From an uncultured Pseudomonadota bacterium (lineage in GTDB: Bacteria > Desulfobacterota > Syntrophorhabdia > Syntrophorhabdales > Syntrophorhabdaceae), in NCBI GenBank assembly GCA_937862865.1, contig CALMFJ010000017.1, positions 1-59,225 of the forward strand: 59,225 nt of DNA, written 5' to 3'. This document shows positions 34,051-43,034 of the stretch, in pieces. Position 1 is the stretch's first letter; the number at the start of each line of letters is the position of its first letter. The notes beneath the pieces are model-generated. The model was not told where the DNA came from. It did no database searches and saw only the letters and a list, made by a program, of their open reading frames with translations. The position numbers were made by a program, and so were the translations under genes.

Positions 34051-34228
34051 TATATCTCCCTCCCTATTCCAGGTTATTTACAACAATTTAACGCAATGCT
34101 GGCAGCGGCTTCAGATCAAAGATGGTGCCGAGGCGTCAATGAGGAGCCGACGCAGACGTACGTCCGTACGTCGAGGAGCGCGACGAGGCGGACAACGAAG
34201 GCAACGCTTTGATATGGAGCCGGAGCTC
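34051..34228 (-). promoter_or_regulatory. structured 178-nt metK-ahcY intergenic leader (function unknown)
   Basis: A 7-bp long-range helix (34115-34121 with 34207-34213) encloses about 85 nt with at least two hairpins: GACGTAC-N4-GTACGTC near 34155-34172 and GCGTC-N11-GACGC. A GGAGC-N4-GCTCC hairpin lies directly after the metK stop. Confidence 0.3.
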
Positions 34229-35392
34229 CTATATCCCGGCGGCGCGGCGGATTTCTTCCACCATATCGAGCTTCTCCCAGGTAAATTCCGGATCGTTCCT
34301 TCCAAAGTGCCCTCCGCACGCGGTCTTCTTGTAGATCGGCCTCAAGAGGTCGAGTTTCTCGATTATCTTTCTCGGCCGCATGTCGAAGAGGTCGTTAACG
34401 ATCTCAGCGATCTTGTCGGGGCTTATCTTTGATGTCCCCTGGGTATCGATCATGACCGACACGGGCTCGGCCACGCCGATCGTGTAGGCGATCTGCAATT
34501 CAAGTCTGTCCGCGAGGCCTGCCGCGACAAGGTTCTTTGCAATGTAGCGCGCCATATAGGATGCGCTCCTGTCGACCTTCGACGGGTCCTTCCCGGAGAA
34601 AGCGCCTCCGCCGTGGCTGCCGACGCCGCCGTAGGTGTCGACAATTATCTTCCGGCCCGTCACGCCGCAGTCGCCTTTCGGCCCGCCGACAACGAACCGG
34701 CCCGTTGAATTGATGAATATCTTGGTCTTGTCATCCATCAGTTCGGCGGGAATGATCTTCTTGATGACCTCTTCGGTGACAGCTTCCCGCAGTTTAGCCG
34801 TCGCTATGTCCGGGTTGTGCTGGGCGGCTATAACGACTGCGTCGACACGCACAGGCTGCCTGTCGATATACTCTACGGTCACCTGGCTTTTTCCGTCGGG
34901 GCGAAGGAAGGGGAGCGTCCCGTCCTTGCGGACGTCAGCCAGGCGCCTTATAAGCTTATGAGCGTACATGATGGACATCGGCATGAATTCTGCCGTTTCG
35001 TTGCACGCATAACCGAACATAAGGCCCTGGTCCCCGGCCCCCTGTTCGTGGTCGTCCGTTTCGTTGACCCCCATCGCTATATCGGGTGATTGTTCATCGA
35101 TGGCCGTAAGAACCGCACAGGTTTCCCAGTCGAAACCCATAGACGAATCGTTGTATCCGATCTCTTTGACGGTCTGCCGCACGATCTCGGGGACATTCAC
35201 GTAGCTCGATGTCGTGATCTCGCCGCCTACCAGCGCAAGGCCCGTTGTCACGTATGTCTCACAGGCCACCCTGGCCTTCGTGTCGTCGGCAATTATCGCG
35301 TCGAGCACCGCATCTGATATCTGGTCGGAAACCTTGTCCGGGTGGCCTTCCGCCACCGATTCGGACGTGAATAAGAACCTGCTCATTCCCAT
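34229..35392 (-). CDS. metK: S-adenosylmethionine synthase
   Basis: [18 protein letters not shown] and [16 protein letters not shown] motifs. RBS GAGGAGG. Only 29 nt downstream of the ptsI stop. Confidence 0.97.
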   Translation of the reverse strand: MGMSRFLFTSESVAEGHPDKVSDQISDAVLDAIIADDTKARVACETYVTTGLALVGGEITTSSYVNVPEIVRQTVKEIGYNDSSMGFDWETCAVLTAIDEQSPDIAMGVNETDDHEQGAGDQGLMFGYACNETAEFMPMSIMYAHKLIRRLADVRKDGTLPFLRPDGKSQVTVEYIDRQPVRVDAVVIAAQHNPDIATAKLREAVTEEVIKKIIPAELMDDKTKIFINSTGRFVVGGPKGDCGVTGRKIIVDTYGGVGSHGGGAFSGKDPSKVDRSASYMARYIAKNLVAAGLADRLELQIAYTIGVAEPVSVMIDTQGTSKISPDKIAEIVNDLFDMRPRKIIEKLDLLRPIYKKTACGGHFGRNDPEFTWEKLDMVEEIRRAAGI

Positions 35393-35421
35393 TGTATAAC
35401 CTCCTCACTTTATCTGGAATT

Positions 35422-37215
35422 CTACCGTATCATTTTCTGTACCCTGGGACAATCACCGGGAAACAATTTCATCATCTCGTTTTTCAACAACAGTTCGGCT
35501 TCAGCCGGTGAGTCTTTTTTCATTATCTCGTCAAGCAGTTCCCGGCAATACCCGTGGTCGAGGCCGCGTATCATTTTCTTGGCAAGCGGTATCGCATACG
35601 GGTTCATGCTTATCTCGTCAAGGCCGAGGCCGAGCAAGACGGGTATATAGCGGGGCTCGCCGGCCATTTCGCCGCACAGGGCGATCGTTATCTTGGCTGC
35701 GTGGGCATCGTCGACTGCCTTCTTTATCATTTTGAGAACTGCCGGATGGAGCGGTTCATACAGGTACGATACATATTCGTTCACCCGGTCTATCGCAAGG
35801 GCGTACTGGATCAGGTCGTTCGTCCCTATGCTGAAAAAATCAACCTCGGCCGCAAGCATATCGCTCATCATACACGCCGAAGGGACCTCTATCATAATGC
35901 CCGTTTTGATATCCCTGTTATAAGCTATATGTTTTCGCGACAGTTCTTCCATGCACTCTTTTATGATCGCTTTTGCCCTGCGCACTTCCTCGATGCCGGA
36001 GACCATCGGGATGAGGATCCGCAAAGGCCCGAACACGCTGGCGCGCAGGATCCCCTTGAGCTGTGCTTTGAAGAGCGGCACCTCTTTGATGCACAACCGT
36101 ATGGCCCTTAGCCCCATCGCCGGGTTGATCTCCTTGGGCATCTCGATCTCTGAGACAAATTTGTCCCCGCCGATATCGAGGGTCCGGATCGTTATATATT
36201 CCATCGAATTGTTCTCGGCAAGTTTCCGGTAGATATGGTAATGGTCCATCTCCGTCGGAAGGTTGTTCCTCTTCGACAGGTATATGTACTCTGTCCGGTA
36301 AAGGCCGATACCGCTTGCCCCGTATTTTTCGACAATGTCCATCTCGGCAAGAAGCTCGATATTTGCGCCCACTCTCATCTTGAACCCGTCCCGGGTCTCG
36401 GCTTTGAGCCGGGCCAGGCGCAGGTGTTCTTTCTTCAGGTTGCGCAGGTGTACCTGCTTGGCAAGATATTCCTTCCGGACCTCCTCCGCAGGATTGATGA
36501 TAACAAGGCCCTCTTCACCGTCTATGATAACGAGATCGTTATTCTTTACAAGGCTGCTTACATTGCCGACACCGACAACGGCCGGTATCTCGAGTGCCCG
36601 GGCCACGATGGACGTGTGGGATGTCCTCCCCCCGACATCGGTCGCGAAACCGGATATGCGGTTCAGGTTAAGCTGGATCGTGTCGGCCGGCGAGAGGTCG
36701 TGGGCGATTATGACCGATTTGCCTTTAACGGCGGTCCGTTCTATGGGCGATCTTTTTTCGGCGGAAAGTATCCTCGCGAGCCTTTCATATATATGCTTTA
36801 TGTCCTGACCGCGCTCTTTAAGGTACGGGTCTTCCACCTGGTCGAAGCTCGCGAGAAACCGGGAAACGACGACCTCAAGCGCCCATTCGGCGTTTATCAG
36901 TTCCGACCGGATCACATCGATGATCGAATTGGAGAAAAATTCGTCCTGAAGGATCAGTATGTGCGCGTCAATGATAAACGCATGTTTTTTAACATCTTCA
37001 TCCGGTATGGAGTCCCTGATATGACCGAGCTGGTCTATCGCCTCCTCAATGGCCGCCCTTATTCTCACTATCTCGCGCTCCACGTGGCGCTCGGTTATTG
37101 AACGCTTGGGGATCGCGATCTTGCCCCGGTCTATAAGGCGCACCCTGCCGATCGATATGCCTGAGGAAACGCCCATTCCTTTCAGTGTTCTATTTATGAA
37201 AAGCTCTTCTTTCAT
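35422..37215 (-). CDS. ptsI: phosphoenolpyruvate-protein phosphotransferase (Enzyme I)
   Basis: Phospho-His region GGRTSHTSIVAR and PEP-utilising signature SIGTNDLIQY. Confidence 0.93.
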   Translation of the reverse strand: MKEELFINRTLKGMGVSSGISIGRVRLIDRGKIAIPKRSITERHVEREIVRIRAAIEEAIDQLGHIRDSIPDEDVKKHAFIIDAHILILQDEFFSNSIIDVIRSELINAEWALEVVVSRFLASFDQVEDPYLKERGQDIKHIYERLARILSAEKRSPIERTAVKGKSVIIAHDLSPADTIQLNLNRISGFATDVGGRTSHTSIVARALEIPAVVGVGNVSSLVKNNDLVIIDGEEGLVIINPAEEVRKEYLAKQVHLRNLKKEHLRLARLKAETRDGFKMRVGANIELLAEMDIVEKYGASGIGLYRTEYIYLSKRNNLPTEMDHYHIYRKLAENNSMEYITIRTLDIGGDKFVSEIEMPKEINPAMGLRAIRLCIKEVPLFKAQLKGILRASVFGPLRILIPMVSGIEEVRRAKAIIKECMEELSRKHIAYNRDIKTGIMIEVPSACMMSDMLAAEVDFFSIGTNDLIQYALAIDRVNEYVSYLYEPLHPAVLKMIKKAVDDAHAAKITIALCGEMAGEPRYIPVLLGLGLDEISMNPYAIPLAKKMIRGLDHGYCRELLDEIMKKDSPAEAELLLKNEMMKLFPGDCPRVQKMIR

Positions 37216-37478
37216 TCCTCGTTGAATCCATTATTTATAAGGCCGCCCAACTCTCCAAAGGCCTTTTCCTCATCCTCCCCCTCGACCCTCAGCACGATCT
37301 TGCTTCCCAGGGGGCAGGCGAGCATAAGCAGGCCCATGATGCTCTTGCCGTTCACCTGCATGCCGTCTTTTTCCATGAGCACGTTCGAATGGAATTTGGC
37401 CGCCAGCTTGACGAACAAAGCCGCTGCCCGCGCATGAAGCCCCAGCCTGTTCCTGACAGTGAATATGCCTTCGAGCAT
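37212..37478 (-). CDS. ptsH: phosphocarrier protein HPr
   Basis: 88 aa; His-15 motif GLHARAA; Ser-46 region NGKSIMGL. Confidence 0.9.
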   Translation of the reverse strand: MLEGIFTVRNRLGLHARAAALFVKLAAKFHSNVLMEKDGMQVNGKSIMGLLMLACPLGSKIVLRVEGEDEEKAFGELGGLINNGFNEE

Positions 37479-37482
37479 TCCC

Positions 37483-37893
37483 CTAATCCTTTTTCCTGGC
37501 TTTCAGGACATCCGTGGCACGGTATATATTCCTCTGCCCGTACTGTGTTATAAAATCTGCCAGTTCGTCGAGTGCCTTGCCCTCCCGGTATGCGACCAGT
37601 TTGATCAGCATGGGAAGATTGACGCCCGCCACAACCTCGACTTTCTCTTCCTCCAGAAATGACAGGCTGATGTTCGAAGGGGTCCCGCCAAACATATCGG
37701 TCAGGATGATCACCCCGTCCCCCGTATCTGAACCTTTTATGGCTGCCACGACCTTTTCTTTTATTTTTTCAACCTGGTCGTCCGGAAAGATGTCCACAGC
37801 GGAAAACTGTTCCTGCTTGCCCATGATCAATTCGGTCGCCGCGACCATTTCCCGGCCGAGATTAAAGTGTGCCACCACGACGAGCCCGGTCAT
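37483..37893 (-). CDS. PTS EIIA component, mannose/fructose family
   Basis: 136 aa; N-terminal LVVVAHFNLG (phosphorylatable His region); DMFGGTP motif. Confidence 0.8.
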   Translation of the reverse strand: MTGLVVVAHFNLGREMVAATELIMGKQEQFSAVDIFPDDQVEKIKEKVVAAIKGSDTGDGVIILTDMFGGTPSNISLSFLEEEKVEVVAGVNLPMLIKLVAYREGKALDELADFITQYGQRNIYRATDVLKARKKD

Positions 37894-37902
37894 AAAGCCT
37901 CC

Positions 37903-38754
37903 CTACTTCTTTTCTATATCCCTGTGAACGGTGGATACGCTGTAACCCATCGCATTCAAGTATTCGCCAAGCTCGCCGGCAGTAAATACCGACCGGTGCT
38001 TTCCGCCCGTGCAACCAAAACAGATGGTTAGATAGCTTTTGCCTTCCTTCTCAAACAAAGGAATAAGGTACACCAAAAAATCTGAAAGAAAAAGGAAATA
38101 TTTCTTGAATACTTCCTGAGACTTAATGTACTCGCCCACCTCGTGGTCGAGGCCCGTTTTGTCACGGAGCCCCTCGACAAAGAAGGGGTTCGGAAGAAAT
38201 CTCACATCGAGGACGATGTCCGCCTCGAGGGGAAGCCCGAACGCATAGCCGAAGGACATGAGGTTTATCTTCATCCGCTGCTCGTGGGCCCCATACGTGT
38301 TGAGGACCCACCGGCGAAGTTCATGCGGTGTGAGATGGGTGGTATCGATGACCTCGTCCGCCATGCTCCGGAGCCAGGCCATCAGCTTTCTCTCCTCGGC
38401 CACGGCATCCTTCACATTTGAAGAGTCAAGGAGCGGGTGTGTCCTGCGGGTTTCACGGTACCGGCGGACAAGCGCCTCCTCGGAGCTTTCGAGGAACAGC
38501 ACCTTCGCGTTGAATTCCTGTTTCACTTTTTTTATGACGTCCTGACCGGTCTCAAAGAAATCCCTGAGGCGCACATCGATGACAAACGCGCACCTCCTTA
38601 TTTTTTCACCCTCGTCCCGGTTGAGCTCCAGGAACCTGGACAGGAGAACTATCGGGAAATTATCGACACAGAAAAAACCAATATCTTCAAGCGCCCTTAA
38701 GAACGTGGTCTTGCCCGAACCGGAGATCCCGCTTACGATGAGGACATCTTTCAT
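37903..38754 (-). CDS. rapZ: RNase adapter protein RapZ (YhbJ)
   Basis: Walker A GISGSGKT and C-terminal GCTGGKHRSV. Confidence 0.9.
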   Translation of the reverse strand: MKDVLIVSGISGSGKTTFLRALEDIGFFCVDNFPIVLLSRFLELNRDEGEKIRRCAFVIDVRLRDFFETGQDVIKKVKQEFNAKVLFLESSEEALVRRYRETRRTHPLLDSSNVKDAVAEERKLMAWLRSMADEVIDTTHLTPHELRRWVLNTYGAHEQRMKINLMSFGYAFGLPLEADIVLDVRFLPNPFFVEGLRDKTGLDHEVGEYIKSQEVFKKYFLFLSDFLVYLIPLFEKEGKSYLTICFGCTGGKHRSVFTAGELGEYLNAMGYSVSTVHRDIEKK

Positions 38755-39692
38755 TCCGCCATGTCCTCCCCCATCGACCTCAGCATCCTCTTTTCAAGTT
38801 CTACGGCGGTGTTGATCCCCTGCCTGCGCAGGATAAAGTTGCGGCATGCTAGCTCGATGATCGCCGACACGTTCTTCCCCGAGCTGATAGGGACCTTCAC
38901 GAACGGCAGGTCGACGCTGAGCACCCTGTACTTGGCCTCCTTGAGGCCCACACGCTCGCATTCGACAGAGGTGTCCCAATCGAAGAGCTCGATGACGAGG
39001 TCTATCTTTTTCTTATCGATCACGGACGATACGCCAAAGAGATGGCGGATATCCACGATCCCGACGCCCCGTATCTCGAGCAGGCTCTTGATCATCTCGG
39101 GTGCCTCCCCGTAAAGGTCGATCGCGCCGATCTTCTTCACGTGCACCGCGTCGTCGACCACCAGGCGGTGGCCCCGCATGATGAGCTCCAGGGCGTTCTC
39201 GCTCTTGCCGATGCCGGGCCTCCCCATGATAAGGGCGCCAACGCCAAGGATGTCCATCAATACGCCGTGGATCGTGGTGGAAGGGGCCAGCTTCTCTTCA
39301 AGAAGCTTTGATATCCTTTCGATGAATATGGACGTGACAAGCTTCGTCCTGAGAAGCGGTATCCCTTTTTCTTCCGCGGATACAAGGAAAAATTCGGGGA
39401 CCTTCAGGTTGCGCGATACGATGAAGCAGACGACGTTGTTCCGGCACAGTTCCCGTATGATGCGCTTGCTCTCGGTCTCGGTCAGGGACCTCAGGTAAGA
39501 GATCTCGATATTGCCCAGTATCTGGACCCTGTGCGGATGGAGATATACCATGTGGCCCGTTATGACAAGGCCTAATTTCTGTATCCTCGGATTGTAGATC
39601 TTCCGTGAAAGCCCTTTGCCGCCCGCCAGGACCTCAAGTTCCAATCCATAAAGCTCATCGTCTACAAGCTGCCGGACCTGAATCCCTTTCAT
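38751..39692 (-). CDS. hprK: HPr kinase/phosphorylase
   Basis: P-loop GRPGIGKSE and signature LEIRGVGIVDIR. Confidence 0.9.
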   Translation of the reverse strand: MKGIQVRQLVDDELYGLELEVLAGGKGLSRKIYNPRIQKLGLVITGHMVYLHPHRVQILGNIEISYLRSLTETESKRIIRELCRNNVVCFIVSRNLKVPEFFLVSAEEKGIPLLRTKLVTSIFIERISKLLEEKLAPSTTIHGVLMDILGVGALIMGRPGIGKSENALELIMRGHRLVVDDAVHVKKIGAIDLYGEAPEMIKSLLEIRGVGIVDIRHLFGVSSVIDKKKIDLVIELFDWDTSVECERVGLKEAKYRVLSVDLPFVKVPISSGKNVSAIIELACRNFILRRQGINTAVELEKRMLRSMGEDMAE

Positions 39693-39759
39693 GTGTTCTT
39701 CCTGTCAGAAGACCATGCCGGTCCCGCATAACACACAAGCTGGTATATTGACCGGCCCC

Positions 39760-40224
39760 TCAATATTTTTCGTCCTCTTCAACAATGGCCTGATAAAGTG
39801 AACCGGCATCGTCGGGCAGTTCAAGCAGTCTCTTGCGGAACGACGGATCGCGAAGGATCCTCGATATGCGCGACAGGGCCATGAGATGAAGGCTTGCAGC
39901 GTCCTCCGGCGCGAGGACCAGAAAAAAGATGTGCACCTTCTTCCCGTCCGCAGCCTCGAAATCCACCCCTTTCCTCGACCGTGCGAAGACGCACATGACC
40001 TGGCCCGAGGAGCTTATCTTCCCGTGGGGGATGGCCACCCCGTCGCCAATGCCGGTCGATCCCAGCGATTCCCGCTCCATGACAATGCTGACCACGGGAT
40101 CGATGTCACGTATCAGTCCCGCGGTCTTTAGCTGTGATGCAAGCCTTGTTACTATCTCCCTTTTGCTGCCGCCTTCTATGTCACAAATAACCGTGGGCTC
40201 TTTCAGTATGTCGCCAAGCCTCAA
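39760..40224 (-). CDS. ptsN: PTS EIIA-Ntr
   Basis: 154 aa; GIGDGVAIPHG active-site His motif. Confidence 0.88.
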   Translation of the reverse strand: MRLGDILKEPTVICDIEGGSKREIVTRLASQLKTAGLIRDIDPVVSIVMERESLGSTGIGDGVAIPHGKISSSGQVMCVFARSRKGVDFEAADGKKVHIFFLVLAPEDAASLHLMALSRISRILRDPSFRKRLLELPDDAGSLYQAIVEEDEKY

Positions 40225-40745
40225 GGTCCCTTCCCTGCCGTCTCGATAAGGCTGAATTTCCCATCCTTCCTCTTGTACACGATGCAGACGTTGTCGTTTT
40301 CCCGCTCGCGAAAGACCATGAACATGTCACCGGAGGCCTTCAGCTGCATCACGGCCTCCTCGGGGTCCATGGGCTTCGCCTCGATGGTCCGGGAGACGAT
40401 AATGCCGGACCCTTCCGCCGTCGGGGTCAGGGGGGCGCGTTTCGACTTATTTTCGCGGTACGCCTTCACCTTGTCGCGGTACTTCGTAAGCCGGCGCTCG
40501 AGCTTGTCGAGTATCTTATCGATAGCCGCATAGATATCATCCATGACCTCATGGGCATTTATGACAACTCCGTTGATGGTGAACATGACATCGATACGCT
40601 GGCGGTACTTTCTTTCAAGCGAAATGACCACGTGTATATCAAGAGGGGTCTCCACGTATTTCTGGAGCCGCGAAAGCTTGTCTTCGACATATCGCCTGAT
40701 ATCTTCACTGGGATCGACGTGCCTGAAGCTGGTTGTGATATCCAT
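40221..40745 (-). CDS. hpf: ribosome hibernation promoting factor (long form)
   Basis: S30AE/sigma-54 modulation N-terminal domain plus a C-terminal dimerisation domain. RBS GGAGG lies 5 nt upstream of ATG 40745; the ORF-track start at 40799 is rejected. Confidence 0.88.
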   Translation of the reverse strand: MDITTSFRHVDPSEDIRRYVEDKLSRLQKYVETPLDIHVVISLERKYRQRIDVMFTINGVVINAHEVMDDIYAAIDKILDKLERRLTKYRDKVKAYRENKSKRAPLTPTAEGSGIIVSRTIEAKPMDPEEAVMQLKASGDMFMVFRERENDNVCIVYKRKDGKFSLIETAGKGP

Positions 40746-40757
40746 AATGCCTCCGTT

Positions 40758-40824
40758 ATAAAAAATAAGGTTGGCATGCACCAACCTTCGAGCATACATT
40801 AACAGATGTGCCGCATCGTGTCAA
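40758..40824 (-). promoter_or_regulatory. candidate hpf promoter followed by a terminator-like 5' hairpin
   Basis: On the minus strand, TTGACA (40824-40819), 17 nt, TAATGT (40801-40796). Then hairpin AAGGTTGG-TGCATG-CCAACCTT (40788-40767) and ATTTTTTAT, immediately upstream of the hpf RBS. Confidence 0.45.
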
Positions 40825-40906
40825 TCCAATTCCCCGAAAGTATTACGTAATTTACCAAAGAGCACGCCGGTGCACCCGGACCTTTTTCAAAAACTCTGCG
40901 ATTCCT

Positions 40907-42307
40907 TTAGCCGACCACCGTCCTTTCGCGTGACGACCGTATGTTCAATATCTCTCTATACTTGGCGACCGTCCGCCGTGCGATATTGATATCGTGCCGG
41001 GATTTGAGGGTGTGCGCTATCTCATCGTCCGTCAAAGGCTTCTTCTTGTCCTCTTTTTTTACGAGCTCCGACATCAGGTCCATGACGACATTTGTCGATA
41101 AGGAATCCCCGTCCCCCGTGTTGATGCTGGTCGGGAAAAAGAACTTCATTTCATAAACTCCGTGAGGAGTGCTCATGTACTTGCTTGTTGTTATCCTGCT
41201 CACGGTCGATTCGTGCACCCCGACGTCCTGCGCGACATCTTTCAGGATAAGAGGCCTCAGGGAGCGCAGGCCCCTGTCAAAAAATTCACGCTGAAAATTG
41301 ACGATGCTCTGCGCGACCTTTAAAAGCGTTTGCTGCCTCTGCTGAATGCTCTTGATAAACCATTCGGCCTGTTTCACCTTGTTCTTGATGTATCTCTTCG
41401 TCTCGCCGCCTATCTTCCGGTCCGCGGCGAGCCCCAGGTAATACCGGCTCATCCTGAGCTCCGGTATATCGTCGTTGTTCAGCGCTATCTCGTATCCCTC
41501 TTCGCCCCTGGCAACATATACATCGGGAACGACATATGAGATGAATTCGTCGCTGAAATTCCGCCCCGGCTTGGGGTCGAACGACTTTATCCTTTCGAAC
41601 ACGTCTTTTATCTTTTCAACAGGGAAGCCGGTGGCCTTTGCTATTCCTTTCAGGTTGTTATGCTGGAACAGGTCGAAATGGCTTGAAACAACCGTGTAGA
41701 ACACGGGGTCCTTCTGCCCGGAGAGCTCGTACTGGATAAGGATGCACTCCTTCAGGTCCCGCGCGCCGACACCCGCCGGTTCCAGTTTCTGCACCTTCTT
41801 CAGGACCGGTTCGAGGACCTCCACGGGAAAGCCCGAGTCCCGGGCGACCTCCTCGAGGGTACATATGAGATACCCGTTGTCATCGATATTGCCTATTATC
41901 CACTCGGCGACCACGCGTTCGGTCGGGTCGAAATCGGACAGCCCGATCTGCCATCTCAGGTGGTCCCGGAGATTGTACGTTTTTCGCACCATGTTCTCAT
42001 AGTCCGGGGCCTCTTTGTCCCCTGCGGGGAAAAAATCCTCGGACGGAGAATAGCGATCCAGCAGCTCCTGCATTTCCTTCCCGTCATCCTGGGCCTCTTC
42101 TGCCCCGGTCCGGGCCTCTTCGTCCCCGGTTTCTTCGCGGTCAGGCCGGGGCTCCTCCTCGCTGATCTCCAGGATAGGGTTTTCTTTTATTTCCAGCTCG
42201 ATAGCCTCGACAAGCTCCAGCTTCGACAGCTGAAGGAGCTTGATGGCCTGCTGCAGCTGCTGCGTCAGTACCGGCGAGAGCCTTTGTGTCTGTTTAAGCT
42301 CCAACAT
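40907..42307 (-). CDS. rpoN: RNA polymerase sigma-54 factor
   Basis: 466 aa; acidic region II; RpoN box ARRTVAKYR near the C-terminus. Confidence 0.95.
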   Translation of the reverse strand: MLELKQTQRLSPVLTQQLQQAIKLLQLSKLELVEAIELEIKENPILEISEEEPRPDREETGDEEARTGAEEAQDDGKEMQELLDRYSPSEDFFPAGDKEAPDYENMVRKTYNLRDHLRWQIGLSDFDPTERVVAEWIIGNIDDNGYLICTLEEVARDSGFPVEVLEPVLKKVQKLEPAGVGARDLKECILIQYELSGQKDPVFYTVVSSHFDLFQHNNLKGIAKATGFPVEKIKDVFERIKSFDPKPGRNFSDEFISYVVPDVYVARGEEGYEIALNNDDIPELRMSRYYLGLAADRKIGGETKRYIKNKVKQAEWFIKSIQQRQQTLLKVAQSIVNFQREFFDRGLRSLRPLILKDVAQDVGVHESTVSRITTSKYMSTPHGVYEMKFFFPTSINTGDGDSLSTNVVMDLMSELVKKEDKKKPLTDDEIAHTLKSRHDINIARRTVAKYREILNIRSSRERTVVG

Positions 42308-43034
42308 CGATGTTAAATTCCTCGCCTAAATACACTTCGCGTACTATCCTGTCCTGCGCCACGCTTTCCGGCGTGCCCTCGAGAAGGACCTTCCCGGCAT
42401 TCACGACATACGCCCTGTCGCAGATCGGCAGGGACTCCCGGACGTTGTGGTCCGACAGCAATATCCCGATCCCCCGGTGCTTCAGGCCGTAGATGATCTT
42501 CTTCAGGTCGGAAACAGATATGGGGTCGATGCCGGAAAACGGCTCGTCAAGCAGCATAAACCGGGGAGATGTCATCAGGGCCCGCGCTATTTCAAGCCGC
42601 CGGCGTTCGCCTCCTGAAAGGGAGTCGGCATTGTTGTTCGCAAGATGGTCCAGTTTGAACGACTCGAGTATCTCGATCGCCCGGTGGTTTATCAGGTCTG
42701 AATCGACACCGAGAAATTCAAGGATGGCCTTCAGGTTGTCAGCCACGGTCATTTTCTTGAAAACGGAAGGTTCCTGGGGAAGATATGTGATGCCTTTACG
42801 TGCCCGCATAAACATCGGCAGGTCGGTGATGTCCTCTCCCTCGAGCAGGATCTTCCCGGCATTCGGCTTGATAAAGCCGATTATCATATAAAATGACGTT
42901 GTCTTCCCGGCGCCGTTCGGGCCGAAAAGACCAACGATCTCCCCCTGTTCCATCGACATGCTGATACCGTCCACGACCTTCCTGGCGCTATATGTTTTTA
43001 AAAGGCCATGGGCGGCCAACGTTGCCTTCGTCAA
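42294..43034 (-). CDS. lptB: LPS export ABC transporter ATP-binding protein
   Basis: Walker A GPNGAGKTT and signature LSGGERRRLEIA. Position is between the lptC/A-like gene and rpoN. Confidence 0.92.
   Translation of the reverse strand: MTKATLAAHGLLKTYSARKVVDGISMSMEQGEIVGLFGPNGAGKTTSFYMIIGFIKPNAGKILLEGEDITDLPMFMRARKGITYLPQEPSVFKKMTVADNLKAILEFLGVDSDLINHRAIEILESFKLDHLANNNADSLSGGERRRLEIARALMTSPRFMLLDEPFSGIDPISVSDLKKIIYGLKHRGIGILLSDHNVRESLPICDRAYVVNAGKVLLEGTPESVAQDRIVREVYLGEEFNIDVGA

Noticed and set aside
34115-34213. SAH riboswitch upstream of ahcY. GAGGAGCGC- and CCGAGG-like strings caught my eye.
   Set aside because: The SAH-like core strings occur on the plus strand, antisense to ahcY. The downstream CAGGCUC and AACGGCGCUC pseudoknot partners are absent on either strand. 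I kept it only as an unclassified structured leader.
34139-34432. Arg-rich 97-aa plus-strand ORF (MRSRRRRTSVRRGARRGGQRRQRF…), protamine-like.
   Set aside because: It has no RBS, starts inside the ahcY leader and runs antisense into the metK 3' end. Its composition simply mirrors GC-rich antisense sequence.
37516-37535. Sigma-54-like TGGCAC element (TGGCACGGTATATATT), of interest because rpoN is in the window.
   Set aside because: The -12 TTGC element is missing, and the site is inside and antisense to the EIIA-Man gene. I found no convincing TGGCAC-N5-TTGC site in any intergenic region by eye.
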